64,000 nucleotides of DNA from Bacteroidia bacterium (GTDB taxonomy: Bacteria; Bacteroidota; Bacteroidia; M30B66): contig OZ257142.1 of NCBI GenBank assembly GCA_965279035.1, positions 1,600,001 to 1,664,000 on the forward strand, given 5' to 3'. Below, piece by piece: positions 62,114 through 64,000 of this stretch. The position numbers and the translations under genes were made by a program. The notes under the pieces are model-generated. The model had not been told where the DNA came from. It made no database searches and saw nothing but the letters and a program-made list of their open reading frames with translations. The first letter of the stretch is position 1. Every line of letters starts with the position of its first letter.

Positions 62114-62266
62114 ATAGATGGCTGCTGCGGCGAATATAGGGAATTGAATTGAGGGCTTTATTCCTGTCTATAAAAATTAGGAACAGGTTCAGTCTAATAA
62201 CATCCAATTGCCCACTATGTTTTAATTGAATTCGTTTATGATTCCTCAAATTCTTAGCTTGCGCCC

Positions 62267-62383
62267 ATGAATGCTTTCAAAGATTTCTGGAAAAAATACT
62301 TTCCCTATTTTCAGGTTGATATGCTCTATTATGCTTTAGTGATTTTACTCGTGCCTATCATTCTGTTGATTTCACGCTGTTAA
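62267..62383 (+). CDS. Putative small membrane protein (38 aa)
   Basis: MNAFKDFWKKYFPYFQVDMLYYALVILLVPIILLISRC*; below the ORF track cut-off. Confidence 0.45.
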   Translation: MNAFKDFWKKYFPYFQVDMLYYALVILLVPIILLISRC

Positions 62384-62979
62384 TTTTCCACTAGCCACTT
62401 ATTTTCTACAAAGAGGTTCTTGACTTCATCTGCGCTACGAGCCGGAACATGAATGCAGATACTAAATTGATCTTCCATGATTGGATTATCGTATTCGTAT
62501 CGACTGTCTTTCACCCACTTCATCACATCGCCCATTTTCTCATACCCAACGTGTGCAGTAATTGCAACCGTTACAATTTTTTCTATGATTGATGCGGCAT
62601 TCAAGGCTTCAATTGCTGCTTCACGATAGGCATTTATTAATCCCGGAACACCCAATAAAGTTCCACCGAAATACCTTACTACAGCCACTAAAATATTTTG
62701 CAATTCCATCGAACGTAATTGTCCGAGAATGGGTTTTCCTGCCGATGAAGAAGGTTCACCATCATCGTTTGCGCGCCAATATTCGTTGAGTGGATTGATG
62801 CGAAAGGCATAACAAACATGTCGTGCTGATGGATGCAATTTTCTCAAATTGTTTAAGTGCTCCTTGATTTGTTCCTCGTTCACAACGGGAAAAGCATAAC
62901 CCCAAAACTTACTTCCACGATCGCGAAAATTCCCTTCACTTGGAGCGGCTATCGTTCGGTAATGATCATCGCTTTTCAT
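62380..62979 (-). CDS. YigZ/IMPACT family protein
   Basis: GSKF, ARHVCYA, NDDGEPSSSAGKPIL, VVRYFGGTLLGVPGLINAY. Confidence 0.93.
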   Translation of the reverse strand: MKSDDHYRTIAAPSEGNFRDRGSKFWGYAFPVVNEEQIKEHLNNLRKLHPSARHVCYAFRINPLNEYWRANDDGEPSSSAGKPILGQLRSMELQNILVAVVRYFGGTLLGVPGLINAYREAAIEALNAASIIEKIVTVAITAHVGYEKMGDVMKWVKDSRYEYDNPIMEDQFSICIHVPARSADEVKNLFVENKWLVEN

Positions 62980-63869
62980 TCAATGCCAAACATCGGAAGG
63001 ATTTCCTCCGAAAATGCAATGCAACCAATAGCTATCAGGCATAACACAATGCCTATAATATTCACTTTGGATACTTTCTCACGGAAAAAGAAAATTCCAG
63101 CTAAAGCAGAAACTGCTACAATACTCATGTTATTGACTGGAAATACCACTGAACTTTCTATACTCGGAATGCTCAGGGATTTCACAAGAAAAAACACAGA
63201 GAAATAATTGGGAATACCTAAAAATAATCCACCGATATAAGCATTCATTGCTGGTACTTTTTTATGCCGAATATAATTGACAATCAAAACTCCTATTCCT
63301 AAAACAGAAGCCGTTAAAAATATCCATGCAAGAAATGGTTCTAGTCCTTTTTCTCCTAAAGTGAATTCCTCATTGTACTTGAAAAATGTATCAATAAAGC
63401 CACTTCCAATAAATACGATTAAAGGAAATAAAGCGTAACGTTTGTCAATATCGGTTCGCTCTTCACTTCGTGTAGTTAAATAAACGGCGATCAAAGCAAG
63501 AAGAATTCCTGTAATTTTAATAGCATTAATACTGTCTTTTAGAAAAAATACAGCAAATAAAACGGGCATAATCAACGACATTTTATTTGCAACCGAAGTC
63601 ACCGAAACACCAATTTTCTGTGTACTAATTCCAATCACATTAAACAAGGTAATAAATAATATTCCCATGATAAGGGCATTGTAAAACCAAGGCTGCGATG
63701 AAGCTCCATGTTTTGCTAAGCCTGTTGGATCGAGAATAAAACTCAATGCAGCAGCTACCAAATAATTAATCACAATGGCATCAGAGGTATTCACCTTGAA
63801 GCGATCGTAAAGCTTAAACACAACCATGATGGCCGATGAACTAAGTATGCTAAGTAAAAGGTAAATCAT
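62976..63869 (-). CDS. EamA/DMT family transporter
   Basis: About 10 TM helices, ANKMSL, LGIPNYFS, VFPVNN, FREK; probable start MIYLL at 63869. Confidence 0.88.
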   Translation of the reverse strand: MIYLLLSILSSSAIMVVFKLYDRFKVNTSDAIVINYLVAAALSFILDPTGLAKHGASSQPWFYNALIMGILFITLFNVIGISTQKIGVSVTSVANKMSLIMPVLFAVFFLKDSINAIKITGILLALIAVYLTTRSEERTDIDKRYALFPLIVFIGSGFIDTFFKYNEEFTLGEKGLEPFLAWIFLTASVLGIGVLIVNYIRHKKVPAMNAYIGGLFLGIPNYFSVFFLVKSLSIPSIESSVVFPVNNMSIVAVSALAGIFFFREKVSKVNIIGIVLCLIAIGCIAFSEEILPMFGIE

Positions 63870-64000
63870 GGTCTGAATTGAATCGCGAAAATAGACATTC
63901 AACTCTGTTTTCCGATGATGTTGTTTTACAATTGAAAATCGTAAGAGTTTAACTAACAATTTTCAAAATCAACTTTTCCGAAAAAAGGATGAATAAAAAC

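Overview
Bacteroidota chromosomal segment, judged from T9SS C-terminal sorting domains, TAnnTTTG -7 promoter boxes and a small-type PurL. A housekeeping backbone (amn, holA, prmA, tpiA, sucD, purB, purL, radC, meaB, AddA-like helicase-nuclease, ftsE, yigZ) is interrupted by a visibly AT-rich accessory block at about 4.6-26.7 kb. That block carries a receptor-less CheR/CheB + hybrid kinase + REC-coiled-coil-PP2C cluster, a propeller-PP2C sensor, T9SS cargo genes (one split by a nonsense codon), a complete IS4-family element and detoxification-type genes. A complete IS3-family element sits inside a heptamer microsatellite. The most unusual non-coding signal is a 390-510 bp element present twice in opposite orientation (about 19.66-20.04 kb and 47.71-48.22 kb). 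It has inverted termini, diverged AT-rich arms and a much better conserved, modular structured core ending in a hairpin with pseudoknot/triplex potential. Other points of interest are 63-bp repeat expansion of NEEL-containing coiled coils beside CheR/CheB, a non-canonical ABC ATPase with an extra helical N-domain, an exported TPR-caspase and an HTH-Fic gene with a double palindromic operator. No rRNA, tRNA, CRISPR array, integrase or reverse transcriptase was seen. All assignments are by eye from motifs; no database searches were run.
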